In this document: positions 1 to 13,488 of the stretch, one piece after another
How positions within the stretch are numbered: position 1 is the first letter of the stretch
Layout: every line of letters starts with the position of its first letter
Assembly (NCBI GenBank): GCA_964016885.1
Contig: OZ024743.1
Location: forward strand, 3,162,001 to 3,226,000
DNA from: Eledone cirrhosa
Taxonomy: Eukaryota
Direction of reading: 5' to 3'
DNA: 64,000 bases
Notes under the pieces: generated by a model
The model's input: the letters and a program-made list of their open reading frames with translations, nothing else
Told to the model about the DNA's origin: nothing
The model's database searches: none
Position numbers and translations under genes: made by a program

Positions 1-397
1 ACATTGTTGTCGTAGAAAAGAAGAATAACAAGACATGTATTGTGGATATTGCTTCACTGTGGGACCACAGAGTGAATGAGAAGGAAAGTAAGAAAGTTGA
101 GAAGTACCAGAAGCTGAAGAGAGAAATCAGGACATGTAGAAGTGATGCCGATTGTGATTGGCGCACTGGGAGCAGTTAGTAGAATGTTGGATGCATGACT
201 TGAAAAGCTAGGAATTACCATCAAGACAGGATTGTTGCAGAAAACAGCAAAAATTCTAAGAAAGGGGTTAGAAAGTTGAATGAGAAGGAATGACTCAAAG
301 GACCTTTGGCCATTGGCTATGGCTCGCTCTTTTGGTATAGTGTCGGTTTAACATCTGCCAGAAGAAAAGCGTTACGAATAATAGCAACAATAATAAT
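1..397 (+). mobile_element. 3' end of a Dong/R4-type non-LTR retrotransposon (restriction-like endonuclease C-terminus, degraded)
   Basis: Manual translation: IVVVEKKNNKTCIVDIASLWDHRVNEKESKKVEKYQKLKREI, then a frameshift to VEVMPIVIGALGAVS..*LEKLG..LLQKTA..ILRKGLES* (stop ~279). Short 3' UTR ending in a TAA-rich tail. Confidence 0.8.
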
Positions 398-499
398 GTT
401 TCCACATTCAACAGGATGTACCAGGTACATTTTTATAGCACAAGCACCCAGGAGGATGTCATCTCTTTGACACAGCTGTAGAAGTCCGCCCAACACTCC

Positions 500-760
500 G
501 TCTGGCAGATTTTCTATGGCTGGGTGACCTTCCTTTCACCAACCACTTTGCAGTGTGTTCTGGGTGCGTTTTATCATACCACCAACACCAGAGAGGTTGT
601 CATGCTCTTGACATAACTGAAGAGTCCTCTTGACTTTTGTTCGGCAAGTTTTCTATGACTCTTCCTATCACCAACTAGTTTACGGTGTATACTGGGCGTG
701 TTTTATTGTCTCACCAGCGCCAGGGAGGTTGACGTGGCCTTGACACAGTTGATAATAATC
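500..760 (-). mobile_element. Degenerate RTE-type 3' UTR / RTE-tail SINE fragments
   Basis: Diverged match to the ttttctacagctggatgcccttcctaacaccaaccac...ctgggtgc module of the RTE 3' UTRs in this window. Confidence 0.5.
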
Positions 761-1119
761 TCATCCTGTTTTTACATGGTTATATACATAAATATAACAT
801 ATATATTCAAACACAACCAAGGAGAAGTATACACATCAATACATACATGCTTACATATCCACACGTAAAAATATACATAACACATATTCACGAACAAAAA
901 GCACATATATGCATAATTAATTGAATATGTAGTGAGCTTAGAAAGAGAATGACAGTGGGAAAGTTGAGGTGTACATTCATTCATCGTGGAGTAGAGGTTT
1001 CAATGTTGAAGATAAAACATTTTTGCTTGTGTTTGTGGATATATTGTGGATATATTGTAAGAAAACACCACAAATTGGTTAGGGTTTTTGTTAAGCATTT
1101 TAACGTTTTGATTATTGCT

Positions 1120-1266
1120 ATAAAGTGGTTGGCGTTAGGAAGGGCATCCAGCTGTGGAAACCATGCTTAAAATGGAACGTATGAGCTAGATGTGATCACT
1201 CAACCGATTCAGCCTCAGTACTTGACAACCCATCTAACCCATGCAAGCATGGAAAAATAGACGTTT
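1120..1266 (+). mobile_element. RTE 3' tail fragment
   Basis: taaagtggttggcgttaggaagggcatccagctgt...ctaacccatgcaagcatggaaaaatagacgtt resembles 61790-61935. Confidence 0.65.
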
Positions 1267-1474
1267 CCCAGCGATAATTGCAATCACCATGACATTGGTT
1301 GTCAGGTGAAAAAAGAACATTTATGAATAATTGAATCACCCCAGTCCCTAGTTATAGAAGCACTGCAACAAGAAGAACGTTTAAAAATATAAAGGGTTAC
1401 TCATACGATGGTCGGCTGTAAAGTTGATAGCCTCACCATTTATTATCATGCCTGTCTGTATACGTATGTATATT

Positions 1475-1510
<36 letters not shown>

Positions 1511-1516
<6 letters not shown>

Positions 1517-1980
1517 TTGGTGCTCTGAAAAAGCTATATATATATGAATGTATATATAGTGTATTTTGCAATACACTGTATGCTTAATTAAAAGCATTTC
1601 GAAAACCGTATGCTATTGTTTTAGAGTAGTGACAGACTCACTTACTTTAATTTCAGCAAGCAGGGGGAGATAAAGCTGACAAGGCCTTGTTTCGCATTTA
1701 TTGATGCTTATCAAAGCCAACTACTCCTCCTGTCTGCTGAAATCATGGATGTTTGGTTCTTATAGAATTCTATAAGAACCAAACATCCACGAATTCAGCA
1801 GACAGGAGGAGTAGTTGGCTTTGATAAGCATCAATAAATGCGAAACAAGGCCTTGTCAGCTTTATCTCCCCCTGCTTGCTGAAATTAAAGTAAGTGAGTC
1901 TGTCACTACTCTAAAACAATAGCATACGGTTTTCGAAATGCTTTTAATTAAGCATACAGTGTATTGCAAAATACACTATA
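1511..1980. mobile_element. Fold-back (palindromic) PLE pLTR-type element with HHR in each arm
   Basis: Near-perfect inverted repeat 1555-1980 centred on GAATTC (1765-1770). Flanked by (TA)n, with a short unpaired extension at 1511-1554. Confidence 0.8.
1817..1861 (+). ncRNA. Type I minimal hammerhead ribozyme, U3-A8 core variant
   Basis: ggct TTGATAA gcat-caataa-atgc GAAA caaggccttg TC agct. Stem III is palindromic and the cleavage triplet is GUC. Mirror copy on the minus strand in the left arm. Confidence 0.75.
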
Positions 1981-1996
1981 TATACATATATATATA

Positions 1997-2051
<55 letters not shown>

Positions 2052-2097
2052 ATATATATATATGTATATATATAAATGTATATATATATATATATAA

Positions 2098-2137
<40 letters not shown>

Positions 2138-2139
<2 letters not shown>

Positions 2140-2253
2140 TCATCATCATCATCATCAACGTTTAACGTCCGTGTTCCACGCTTGCATGGGTTTGGACGGG
2201 GGTAGTCCCACTTGAGGCAAGAGTGATTGTCTTGCTCGCATAGGACTGTCTGG
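2138..2253 (-). mobile_element. 5'-truncated RTE (family B) 3' tail in a TA tract
   Basis: (CAT)n plus aacgtttaacgtccgtgttccacgcttgcatggg..., the reverse complement of the 38140-38261 tail. Confidence 0.85.
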
Positions 2254-2287
2254 CATATATATATATATATATGTATATATATAAATG

Positions 2288-2326
<39 letters not shown>

Positions 2327-2438
2327 GTATATATAGGAATCGATCGACTTTCGTCAAATCGGACCGAGGAAACAATGTTTCCGTCGGTCTTTCCAGTTGC
2401 TAGTACTATCTATCGGTCGCAACTCCAGGTAGAAGGAA

Positions 2439-2554
2439 CAACATGAAATAAAGTGTCTTGCTCAAGGACATAACGCATCGCCCGGTCCACGAATCGAACT
2501 CACAACCCCAAGATTGTGAATCCAATTCTCTAACCACTCAGCCACACACCTTCA
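2439..2554 (-). mobile_element. tRNA-derived CORE-like SINE head
   Basis: Minus strand has A box tggctgagtgg and B box gagttcgattc, then gtccttgagcaagacactttatttca (CORE-like). Same family as 31277. Confidence 0.7.
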
Positions 2555-2566
2555 TATATGTATATA

Positions 2567-2767
<201 letters not shown>

Positions 2768-3469
2768 GATATTAATAAATGGAAACTATATTTATAAAAC
2801 CATATTTATTTCATTATACATATTTCAGGGATACCAAATTAAATTATGGTATGCCTTCATCAGACAAAATACAATATATAACAGTTTTACAAATAAGCTT
2901 TGACGTACCCTATTAAAATGCAACCATTGTTTTTGGAAGTCATCCGGATAGTGATTTGTTTATATTACGTTAATAAGTCATAGTGTTAAGGACAATTAGA
3001 AAAAGACGGAGAGAAAGAAAAAGACAGAGAGAAAGAAAAAAACGAGGAGAGGTATCGGAGAGAGAGAGATGCATGGAGAAGACAAGAAAGAGATAAGTAA
3101 AGACAGGAGGAAAGGAAGAAAGAAGAAAAAAGGAAGAAATAAGAAAAACAGAGGAAAGCAATAGAGAGATATTAAGTCAACAGACAGATAGAAAAACTCA
3201 AGAGAGAGAAATGTTATATATAGAGAGAGGGAGATTATGAAAACTTTACGTCATGTCATGTTAAGTTGAGTTAACAATTCATATGAAATGAATAATAAAA
3301 ATATAAATATTAATATTCATGAATGGGACATAGATATATAATATGAGAAATTAAACATTGTTTAATAATGACTATATGTTTAGTTTAAACCTTGAGATCA
3401 ATATAACAAAATTTGGGTTTAATCTCCAAAATGTACACATTGCTATAGAAGTATCTCAGGCAAAGACAT

Positions 3470-3513
<44 letters not shown>

Positions 3514-4569
3514 GCACGTCCTGAAAATAGAAATTATATTTACTCAAGTCAACAATATAGACATATCAAGCGCAGACGATTTCTCTTAATCACTGCTATA
3601 CATTCCTTGTGTTATAAAAAGTTCACAGTATATATACACATAAATATATACGATTAACATTCATGACTTCGTATATATGATTACCATTCATGCATTTAAC
3701 ATTTCTGCATTCCAAACTGCGTGGTTATGCAACATAACTTTTACCCACACATATACATACACACACATATATACATATACACCTATATATGTATAAATAA
3801 ATATCTGCGTGCGTCATCATGCATCGCTCATGTATATATACAGACATATATACAATCATAAAAAACCTATAACACTTTTATATGCATGTTAATACACACA
3901 TATACTTTTGTATAGAGATAATCAAATATCAATATATTACTAAGGATTATACTTTGGAAATATACCAATATAAATTTAAAATACCAAAGGATTATATTTT
4001 GGAAATACAACTATATCAATATAGTCAAAAGGACAAACGAATTCTAGAAATGTCAAAGCATTAAATAACTTTAAAACACTATAGAGTATCTTAAGTTAAA
4101 ATAATGTTTCATATATTTAGTATAGAAAATTATCCTACTTATATTTCAATCAAGATATTGAAAGGGTAGACTTATGAGAATTATGAGAAGCTATCAGAAT
4201 CAAAGCAAAACTAATAAAAATAAATAAAAATAAAATAAAATAAAATAAAAGTTAAATAAATATTATATCAATATAATTTAAAATTTAAAAATTTAAAGAT
4301 CTAAAAATTTCAAAAAGAATTTAAAAATTTTTTAAATTCAAAAATTTAAAAGATTTAAAAAACCAAGGATTCTATAGATATCCTTATATTTAGTATAGAA
4401 ATTTATCCTACGTATATTTTATTTAAGATATTGTAAGTGTAGACATTTTAAAGTAGTTTATTATATCTATGTTTATATTTAGGAAGAAAGTTTAAAAAGA
4501 AAAAGGTGAAGGAATCTAATGATTTATCGACAGGTTTTATATATTAACTAAATTACTTAATTAATTATA

Positions 4570-5540
4570 CTACATTTTAAATTTATATTTATATTTAAAC
4601 GTTGAGTTCACTCTATGTCTGCAGCAACTGAATAAATTGTTCCTTAAATTAAGGGAATTTTTGGACTTTAATATAAAGAATATTTCTTCAATACAAAGAT
4701 CACAATTTTCTGAAGAGGAATTAAAAGGAGTAGCTTTCGAAATAATATTCCAAGTCATCGAATATTTAACATTATCACGTTTTAGGTCCCATAGTAGGCT
4801 AGATAGCGAAGTTGAAGATTTTTTGTTTGGATCTGTGAAAGAATTTTTATGATTATTGAAGCGAAATTTAAATTCAGTCGAGGTAGAACCAACATAGTTA
4901 AACGAATTTAAATTAGTTTTAACATTACAATTGTACACTACATTTTTAGCTAAGCAGTTGTTATTTAACGGACAGTTAGATTTATTTCTACAGTTACAGT
5001 TATTCAATTGAATATTGCTTGGGTTATTATTGGTATTTTGGTTAGGTTTTAAATTTCTATTATTAATTCTATTAATATTTTGTGCTAAATTTTTGGTGGA
5101 CGAGTAAGTTAATTTTATAGTGAGTCTATTAATTTTATAGTGAGTCTATTAAATTGAGTAATATTTATGTGTTCTAGGGAAGCGTTTGTCAAGAGCTTTA
5201 AAGGATAGTTTAGCAATAGGGGTTTTAATATTTAGTGAGAAAGGGGGAGCAAACCATAATATGTTTCTAGTTCTATTTCTTTTTCGGCTTTTGGAATTAT
5301 TGTAATGTTTTCTATTATAGTTGCTAAAGTTGTTACCATAATTAAAATTGTTATTATTTTGGTTAGTTTGCTTATTATTATTATTATCAATGTATTTAAT
5401 TTCATTTCTATATCCAGCTCTACCTAACGCTTCGTTGTAATACTGCGCTTTTTCATCAAATATATTTTTATTAGATGAAATTCTTGGAATTCTTTCTTGA
5501 ACAGAGTTCACTATAGTATTTTTAACAGATCTCGGGTGAT
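4570..5540 (-). pseudogene. PLE RT thumb + GIY-YIG endonuclease remnant (disrupted)
   Basis: ORFs 5149-5628 (SNHP, YYNEALGRAGY, ILWFAPPFS) and 4570-5007 (CNCRNKSNCPLNNNC linker, VVY..YVG, FKFRFNNH, CDLCIEE, CCRH). A short duplication at ~5110-5150 breaks the frame. Confidence 0.85.
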
Positions 5541-6131
5541 TAGAGTTAAAATTAGAGTTAAAATCTGGGGTGATTAGAGTTAAATTAGAGTTAAAATTAA
5601 AATTGATCTCAAGGTTTAAACTAAACATATAGTCATTATTAAAAATGTTTAATTTCTCATATTATATATCTATGTCCCATTCATGAATATTAATATTTAT
5701 ATTTTTATTATTAATTTCATATGAATTGTTAACTCAACTTAACATGACATGACGTAAAGTTTTCATAATCTCCCTCTCTCTATATATAACATTTCTCTCT
5801 CTTGAGTTTTTCTATCTGTCTGTTGACTTAATATCTCTCTATTGCTTTCCTCTGTTTTTCTTATTTCTTCCTTTTTTCTTCTTTCTTCCTTTCCTCCTGT
5901 CTTTACTTATCTCTTTCTTGTCTTCTCCATGCATCTCTCTCTCTCCGATACCTCTCCACGTTTTTTTCTTTCTCTCTGTCTTTTTCTTTCTCTCCGTCTT
6001 TTTCTAATTGTCCTTAACACTATGACTTATTAACGTAATATAAACAAATCACTATCCGGATGACTTCCAAAAACAATGGTTGCATTTTAATAGGGTACGT
6101 CAAAGCTTATTTGTAAAACTATTATATATTG

Positions 6132-6196
6132 TATTTTGTCTGATGAAGGCATACCATAATTTAATTTGGTATCCCTGAAATATGTATAATGAAATA
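6132..6196 (+). ncRNA. Type I hammerhead ribozyme in pLTR
   Basis: tattttgt CTGATGA agg-c-atacc...ggtat-c-cct GAAA tatgta TA atgaaata. Mirror copy near 2810-2873 on the minus strand. Confidence 0.7.
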
Positions 6197-6324
6197 AATA
6201 TGGTTTTATAAATATAATTTCCATTTATTAATATCGTATATCTACTCATAATACTTGTCGAGTGCTTTATATCAGTTATAAAAATATTTACTTGTTGTAT
6301 CCCAACAATTTTAAATAGAACTTT

Positions 6325-6381
<57 letters not shown>

Positions 6382-6394
6382 GTATATATATATG

Positions 6395-6459
<65 letters not shown>

Positions 6460-6479
6460 ATATATATATATGTATATAT

Positions 6480-6865
6480 AATATAAGATCAAAAGATGGT
6501 TAAAAGAGTTCCATGTATTTTATTATGCGCATTTCAAAAACAAATATCATCATGCGATGACATTTACGTTTTCATCACATAAAATAGGGAGACATGATAT
6601 GAAGGTTAAAAAACACTTGTGGATAGTGCAGTTTTAAATCAACATATGAAAAGTAGTTTAAGATTGATATGTGATATTGGGGGGGGGGGGAATAGGAGGA
6701 GATGAGAGTAAAGAATGGAGGGGGAATATATAAAATATATGGAACTCTTTTAACCATCTTTTGATCTTATATTATTTATACTCGAGTCCTACAAACTGTA
6801 GAGTGCTACTTATCCGATATCTGCATTGCTTTATTGTACTACAATAAAACTCACATCCTACATAT

Positions 6866-6866
<1 letters not shown>
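6480..6866. mobile_element. Asymmetric fold-back pLTR element (same family as 24660-25137)
   Basis: Minus arm 6480-6720 carries an HHR with a mutated GTGATGA core. Short inverted arm 6731-6772, then extension 6773-6866. TA flanks. Confidence 0.75.
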
Positions 6867-7437
<571 letters not shown>

Positions 7438-7439
7438 TT

Positions 7440-7694
7440 TTCCTGTCAGCATGACTTGGCAAGCTATTTAGAACACTGGTTTAACCGCTTTACTTCCCTC
7501 CGAAGAAGTGATATTATCTCGAAAATTAAGGACACTTAAATAAATCTAAGGTAAAAGACTAATTGTCAACAATATCTTTTGCATTTGCATTCTTTATTCT
7601 ATGTCCATACCTGCATTGTTTTGGCTTTATTATACATATACAAACATTTATACCTCATTACACAATGCTTCAAGTGAACTATGACTTCCTCCTG

Positions 7695-7695
<1 letters not shown>
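7440..7695 (+). mobile_element. Solo pLTR-like fragment with degenerate HHR-like motif
   Basis: cct CCGAAGA agtgatattatctc GAAA at TA agg at ~7497-7531. TA tracts on both sides. Confidence 0.4.
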
Positions 7696-7778
<83 letters not shown>

Positions 7779-7865
7779 TATATATATATATACACATATA
7801 TATATATATATATACACATATATATATATATACATATATATATATACATATATCTATATATACAC

Positions 7866-7918
<53 letters not shown>

Positions 7919-7919
7919 C

Positions 7920-7952
<33 letters not shown>

Positions 7953-8044
7953 CATATATATCTATATATATATATATAGATATATATATATAGATATATA
8001 TCTATATATATATATAGATATATATAAATATATATATATATATA

Positions 8045-11000
8045 GTAATAATAATAAAATTGAAGACTAAAATCCAAAGAGGGCTCGATAAGGAAAATAT
8101 ATATCAAATATATAAGAACCGTAGAGCAAATATATATTAAAATAACAGATTAAAGTTTAAGCAAAGAATCGCTGCTTTCACCCTTAACGGGATCTTCTGA
8201 AACTAACAAAGTCAATCTGTAAACGCAGAACTGGATATTTCAAAAAACGTTGCAACCGGAGGAAAACAGGAAGACGATACTTTAGTTCGTGGAAACGTTC
8301 GCTGGCAAAGAACGGGAAAAAACGAATAATACGTCATTAGTAGGAGCGGTGAAAAACAATTACGCGCAAAGACAGAACCACGTTTATGGTATAAAAGAGG
8401 TCGTAGACTAATGTTCTCTTAGGTGGTGCATAGAGACGTTCTCTGGCAATGAACGAAAAAATGAAGATAATAAGTCATATGTGGAGCGTGGAAAACAATA
8501 GCACGCAAAGACAAAACCACGTAAATGGTATAGCAGAAATCGTAGACTAAAATTCTAACTAGGAGACCAAATGAATCTCCGCTACAAAGTTAAGAACAAA
8601 GTAAATAAATACAATACAGAAGTAATAGAAACAAATAAATACATACACGCAAACAGATACGTACATACACAAGCATACGCAAAACCTTACCATAGGTATA
8701 CAAAACCACGCACATATAAATATGTGTGTGTGTGTATGCTTGTGTACAAATAAATAAATAATTATATAAACGTATATAAGTAAATAAATACGTATATAAC
8801 AAGCGCACACACATACCTACAAATAAATATACGAATGTTCGGAGACGTAAGTCAACTAAAACAAGAAGTACACATATACACACACCCACCATACGTACGA
8901 ACCTGCATACTCACGCAGACGCAAAACTCCCGTATACACATAGCCAAACCCTAAATGCCAGAATATGTAAAAATTATACGCCATAACAGTCAAATATACG
9001 TACGAGAAGGTATACATACCTTCACAAAACATACGGGTAATATATACTTACCTATGCAAATAAGTAAAGGAATAAACAAAACATCTGGGTTTAAAATCAC
9101 ATCTGATCTCATCATCCTGAACCGGACCGAACCTCTGGACCCTATCTCTCCCCACTTTACCCTGAAGGATCACAAATCCAATTTTCCGAACAACCCCTCT
9201 ATTCGGCTTATTAACCCTACGAAGTCCGATTTAGGTAGACTTAGTAAAACGATTCTTGATAGAATTATACCTGAAATTAGAAGTTTGGCCCCTCTCGCAC
9301 TGTGGAACAATTCTTTCGCGGTGATTGATTGGTTCAACGGCATATGTAACAAGGAACATTGACGTTTTATCCAATTCGACATCAACAATTACTACTCCTC
9401 CATCACTTTACCACTTCTCCTTAGAGCTATCAATTTCGTTAAAACACTCACAGTGGTTAAGGATTTCGAAGTTGATGTCATCCTTAATGCCCGAAAGTCG
9501 GTGATTAATTTCGACGACTCTGTTTGGATTAAAAAATCCAATAGTACCCCATTCGACGTGACTATGGGCACCAGTGACTCTGCGGAGGTTACTGATCTTA
9601 TTGGCCTTTTCCTATCAAGGACGAATTCCCCAACGCGGGCGGTGGTTTGTACCGTGACGATGGTCTTTTAACCATGACTATGTGCGGACCTCGTGCTTGC
9701 GACAGGTTCAGAAAAGAACTCACAGCCTTCTTTAAAGGCTTCAACCTCTCTATACAGGTTGAAGCCAATCTCTCGGTCGTTAATTACCTCGACGTTACCC
9801 TCAATTTATTGAATGGGTTGTATTACCCGTATAGAAAGCCGAATGATACGCTTAATTACATAAGTAAGCATTCCAACCATCCTGCCAGCATAACCAAGAA
9901 CCTGGTAAAAAACGTTTCGTTGAGACTTTCCCGTCTTTCCACCAACGAGCGCATTTTCAACGACCATTCCACTTATTACAATGAAGCTCTTGCTCGAAGT
10001 GGATTTGTCGATAAGGTAGCATATACAGAGTACGAAAATAGACCTAGAAGAAATAGATCCCGTCGCATTTGTTGGTTTAACCCACCATATAATATGGAGG
10101 TGGCCACACCATTAGCTAAGATCTTTCTTTCCCTTATTACGAAGCATTTTCCCCCTACACATAAATATAGTAAAATTTTTAATAGAAATACTATTAAAAT
10201 TTCTTACTCTACGACTCCTAACCTTGCACATAACATCACAGCTTCAAATTTAGCTAAACTACCTAGCCGTAGGAACACGTGCAACCCTGTAGTTAGTACT
10301 AACTGTAATTGTAGGAATCGGGCTGATTGCCCCTTATCCGGGAAATGCCTCTCTAGTAACATTGTCTACAAATGTAAGGTTGTAACACCCACGTCCCGTA
10401 GGGCCTACATAGGGTTAACCGCCAATAGTTTCAAGCAGCGTCTTTACATGCATACCCATTCTTTTCGTTACCCTCTAAGAAGGAATATGACGTCACTTTC
10501 AGCTTATATCTGGAGTCTAAAAGACAACCACACCCAATATAAGTTACACTGGGAGATCCTAGCTAGGGCTAGATCGTATAACGGAAATAAAAGACCATGT
10601 GACCTCTGCGCCGCTGAGGCCCTGGAAATACTCTACGCCACAGACCACATCTTAAACAAACAATCTGAGGCAATTTCGGCTTGTAAACATAAATTGCACA
10701 AAACTTTCCTGTATTACAGCCCCACGTTATACCCTAACGGATAGCACGATCTATACGTGGATATTTTACGTCTTGATGTGGGAGCTAAGTATATGTTTTG
10801 TTTATTCCTTTACTTATTTGCATAGGTAAGTATATATTACCCGTATGTTTTGTGAAGGTATGTATATCTTCTCGTACGTATATTTGACTGTTATGGCGTA
10901 TACTTTTTACATATTCTGGCATTTAGGGTTTGGCTATGTGTATACGGGAGTTTTGCGTCTGCGTGAGTATGCAGGTTCGTACGTATGGTGGGTATGTGTA

Positions 11001-11725
11001 TACGTGTACTTCTTGTTTTAGTTGACTTACGTCTCCGAACATTCGTGTATTTATTTGTAGGTATGTGTGTGCGCTTGTTATATACGTTTATATAATTATT
11101 TATTTATTTGTACACAAGCATACACACACACACATATTTATATGTGCGTGGTTTTGTATACCTATGGTAAGGTTTTGCGTATGCTTGTGTATGTACGTAT
11201 CTGTTTGCGTGTATGTATTTATTTGTTTCTATTACTTCTGTATTGTATTTATTTACTTTGTTCTTAACTCTGTAGCGGAGATTCATTTGGTCTCCTAGTT
11301 AGAATTTTAGTCTACGACTTCTGCTATACCATTTACGTGGTTTTGTCTTTGCGTGCTATTGTTCTCCACGCTCCACATATGACTTATTGTCTTCGTTTTT
11401 TCGTTCATTGCCAGAGAACGTCTCTATGCACCACCTAAGAGAACATTAGTCTACGACCTCTTTTATACCATAAACGTGGTTCTGTCTTTGCGCGTAATTG
11501 TTTTTCACCGCTCCTACTAATGACGTATTATTCGTTTTTTCCCGTTCTTTGCCAGCGAACGTTTCCACGAACCAAAGTATCATCTTCCTGTCTTCCTCCG
11601 GTTGCAACGTTTTTTGAAATATCCAGTTCTACGTTTACAGATTGACTTTGTTAGTTTCAGAAGATCCCGTTAAGGGTGAAAGCAGCGATTCTTTGCTTAA
11701 ACTTTAATCTGTTATTTTAATAAAT
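8045..11725 (+). mobile_element. 5'-truncated Penelope-like element (Hydra-clade-like) bracketed by ~950-bp inverted pLTRs
   Basis: 8135-9085 is the reverse complement of 10793-11722. Extension 8045-8134 is on the left arm only. RT-EN ORF lies between the arms. TA flanks. Confidence 0.9.
9085..10744 (+). pseudogene. PLE reverse transcriptase + C-terminal GIY-YIG endonuclease (one in-frame stop, one frameshift)
   Basis: TLKDHK..RLINPTKSDLGRLSK, *RFIQFDINNYYSSI (TGA 9360-9362), FDVTMGTSDSAEVTDLIG, frameshift ~9612, LYRDDGL, NYLDVTL, SNHP, WFNPPY, CNCRNRADCPLSGKC, IVY..YIG, CDLCAAE..CKH. Confidence 0.92.
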
Positions 11726-11768
11726 ATATATATATGTATGTATATATATATATATATGTATATATGTG

Positions 11769-11802
<34 letters not shown>

Positions 11803-11810
11803 CACATATA

Positions 11811-11859
<49 letters not shown>

Positions 11860-11865
<6 letters not shown>

Positions 11866-12387
11866 AAGTTAAATAAAAGTCAAATGATTAAAATTTAGCT
11901 TCGTTTATTACTGCTATATATATTTCAGTGACAGCCATCTTTGGCTGTGACCTCTTCAGGCAGTTTGAATTAGTATGGTATAGACAAGTACATATGTTGT
12001 TTAGGTGTATGATATTGTCAATACTCTGATATGCCCAGTTCCTTGTTGGGTTGTTAATTCACTGGGGAACTGGAACCAGTTCCCCAGTGAATTAACAACC
12101 CAACAAGGAACTGGGCATATCAGAGTATTGACAATATCATACACCTAAACAACATATGTACTTGTCTATACCATACTAATTCAAACTGCCTGAAGAGGTC
12201 ACAGCCAAAGATGGCTGTCACTGAAATATATATAGCAGTAATAAACGAAGCTAAATTTTAATCATTTGACTTTTATTTAACTTTATTTTACACTACTCCG
12301 GAGTAACCAAACCAACCTGCGCACTTCGTCGAGTGCTCCAGCCTGCATACTGAGGTGTTGGTACACAACCAACATAAACTCAAAATC
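11860..12387. mobile_element. Perfect fold-back pLTR-type element with HHR
   Basis: Arms 11860-12073 and 12076-12289 with a 2-nt loop. Extension 12290-12387. TA flanks. Confidence 0.85.
12185..12239 (+). ncRNA. Type I hammerhead ribozyme (canonical core)
   Basis: actgc CTGAAGA ggt-c-acagcca-aaga-tggctgt-c-act GAAA tatata TA gcagt. Mirror copy on the minus strand. Confidence 0.85.
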
Positions 12388-12426
<39 letters not shown>

Positions 12427-12429
12427 GTG

Positions 12430-12460
<31 letters not shown>

Positions 12461-12477
12461 GTGTATATATATATATG

Positions 12478-12542
<65 letters not shown>

Positions 12543-12544
12543 TT

Positions 12545-13382
12545 ATTAAAATAACAGATTAAAGTTTAAGCAACGAATCGCTGCTTTCACCCTTAACGGG
12601 ATCTTCTGAAACTAACAAAGTCAATCTGTGAACGCAGAAGTGAATATTTCAAAAAAACGTTGCAGCCGGAGCAAGACAGGAAGGCGATACTCTGGTTCGT
12701 GGAAACGTTCGCTGGCAAAGAACCGGAAGAAACGAATATAATACGTCATTATTTGGAGCGGCGAAAAACAATTACACGCAAAGACAGAACCACGTTCATG
12801 GTATAAAAGAGGTCGTAGACTAATGTTCTCTTAGGTGGTTCATAGAGACGTTCTCTGGCAATGAACGAAAAAAACGAAGATAATACGTCATATGTGGAGC
12901 GTGGAGAACAAATGCACGCAAAGACAAAACCACGTAAATGGTATAACTGAAGTCGCAGACTAAAATTCTAACTAGGAGACCGAATGATTCTCCGCTTCAG
13001 AGTTAAGAACAAAGTAAATAAGATACAGAGGTAATTGAAATTAAATAACTACATACACGCATCCATACACGTATATACACAAGCATACGCGAAAACACTC
13101 GCCATAGGTTTACAAATACACGCACATATAGATATGTGTGTGTGTGTGCGCGTGTATACAAACAATTAAATAAACGTAAATAAATAAATACGTATATAAC
13201 AAGTGCACACACACACCTACATGTTAGTTTCAGAAGATACCGTTAAGGGTGAAAGCAGCGATTCTTTGCTTAAACTTTAATCTGTTATTTTAATAAATAT
13301 TTGCTCTACGGTTCTTATATATTTGATATATATTTTCCTTATCGAGCCCTCTTTGGATTTTAGTCTTCAATTTTATTATTAT

Positions 13383-13387
<5 letters not shown>
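12545..13387. mobile_element. ORF-less asymmetric fold-back copy of the 8045-11725 pLTR family
   Basis: 12545-13220 matches 8135-8820. 13221-13387 is the inverted 3' end plus the extension seen at 8045-8134. Confidence 0.85.
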
Positions 13388-13449
<62 letters not shown>

Positions 13450-13455
13450 CGTATA

Positions 13456-13487
<32 letters not shown>

Positions 13488-13488
<1 letters not shown>

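Noticed and set aside
9360-9362. In-frame TGA in the PLE RT as possible selenocysteine (as in some Naiad PLEs)
   Set aside because: Single TGA in a copy that also has a frameshift, and no SECIS-like stem recognised after the stop. A nonsense mutation is simpler. Only a family consensus with a fixed TGA would revive the idea.
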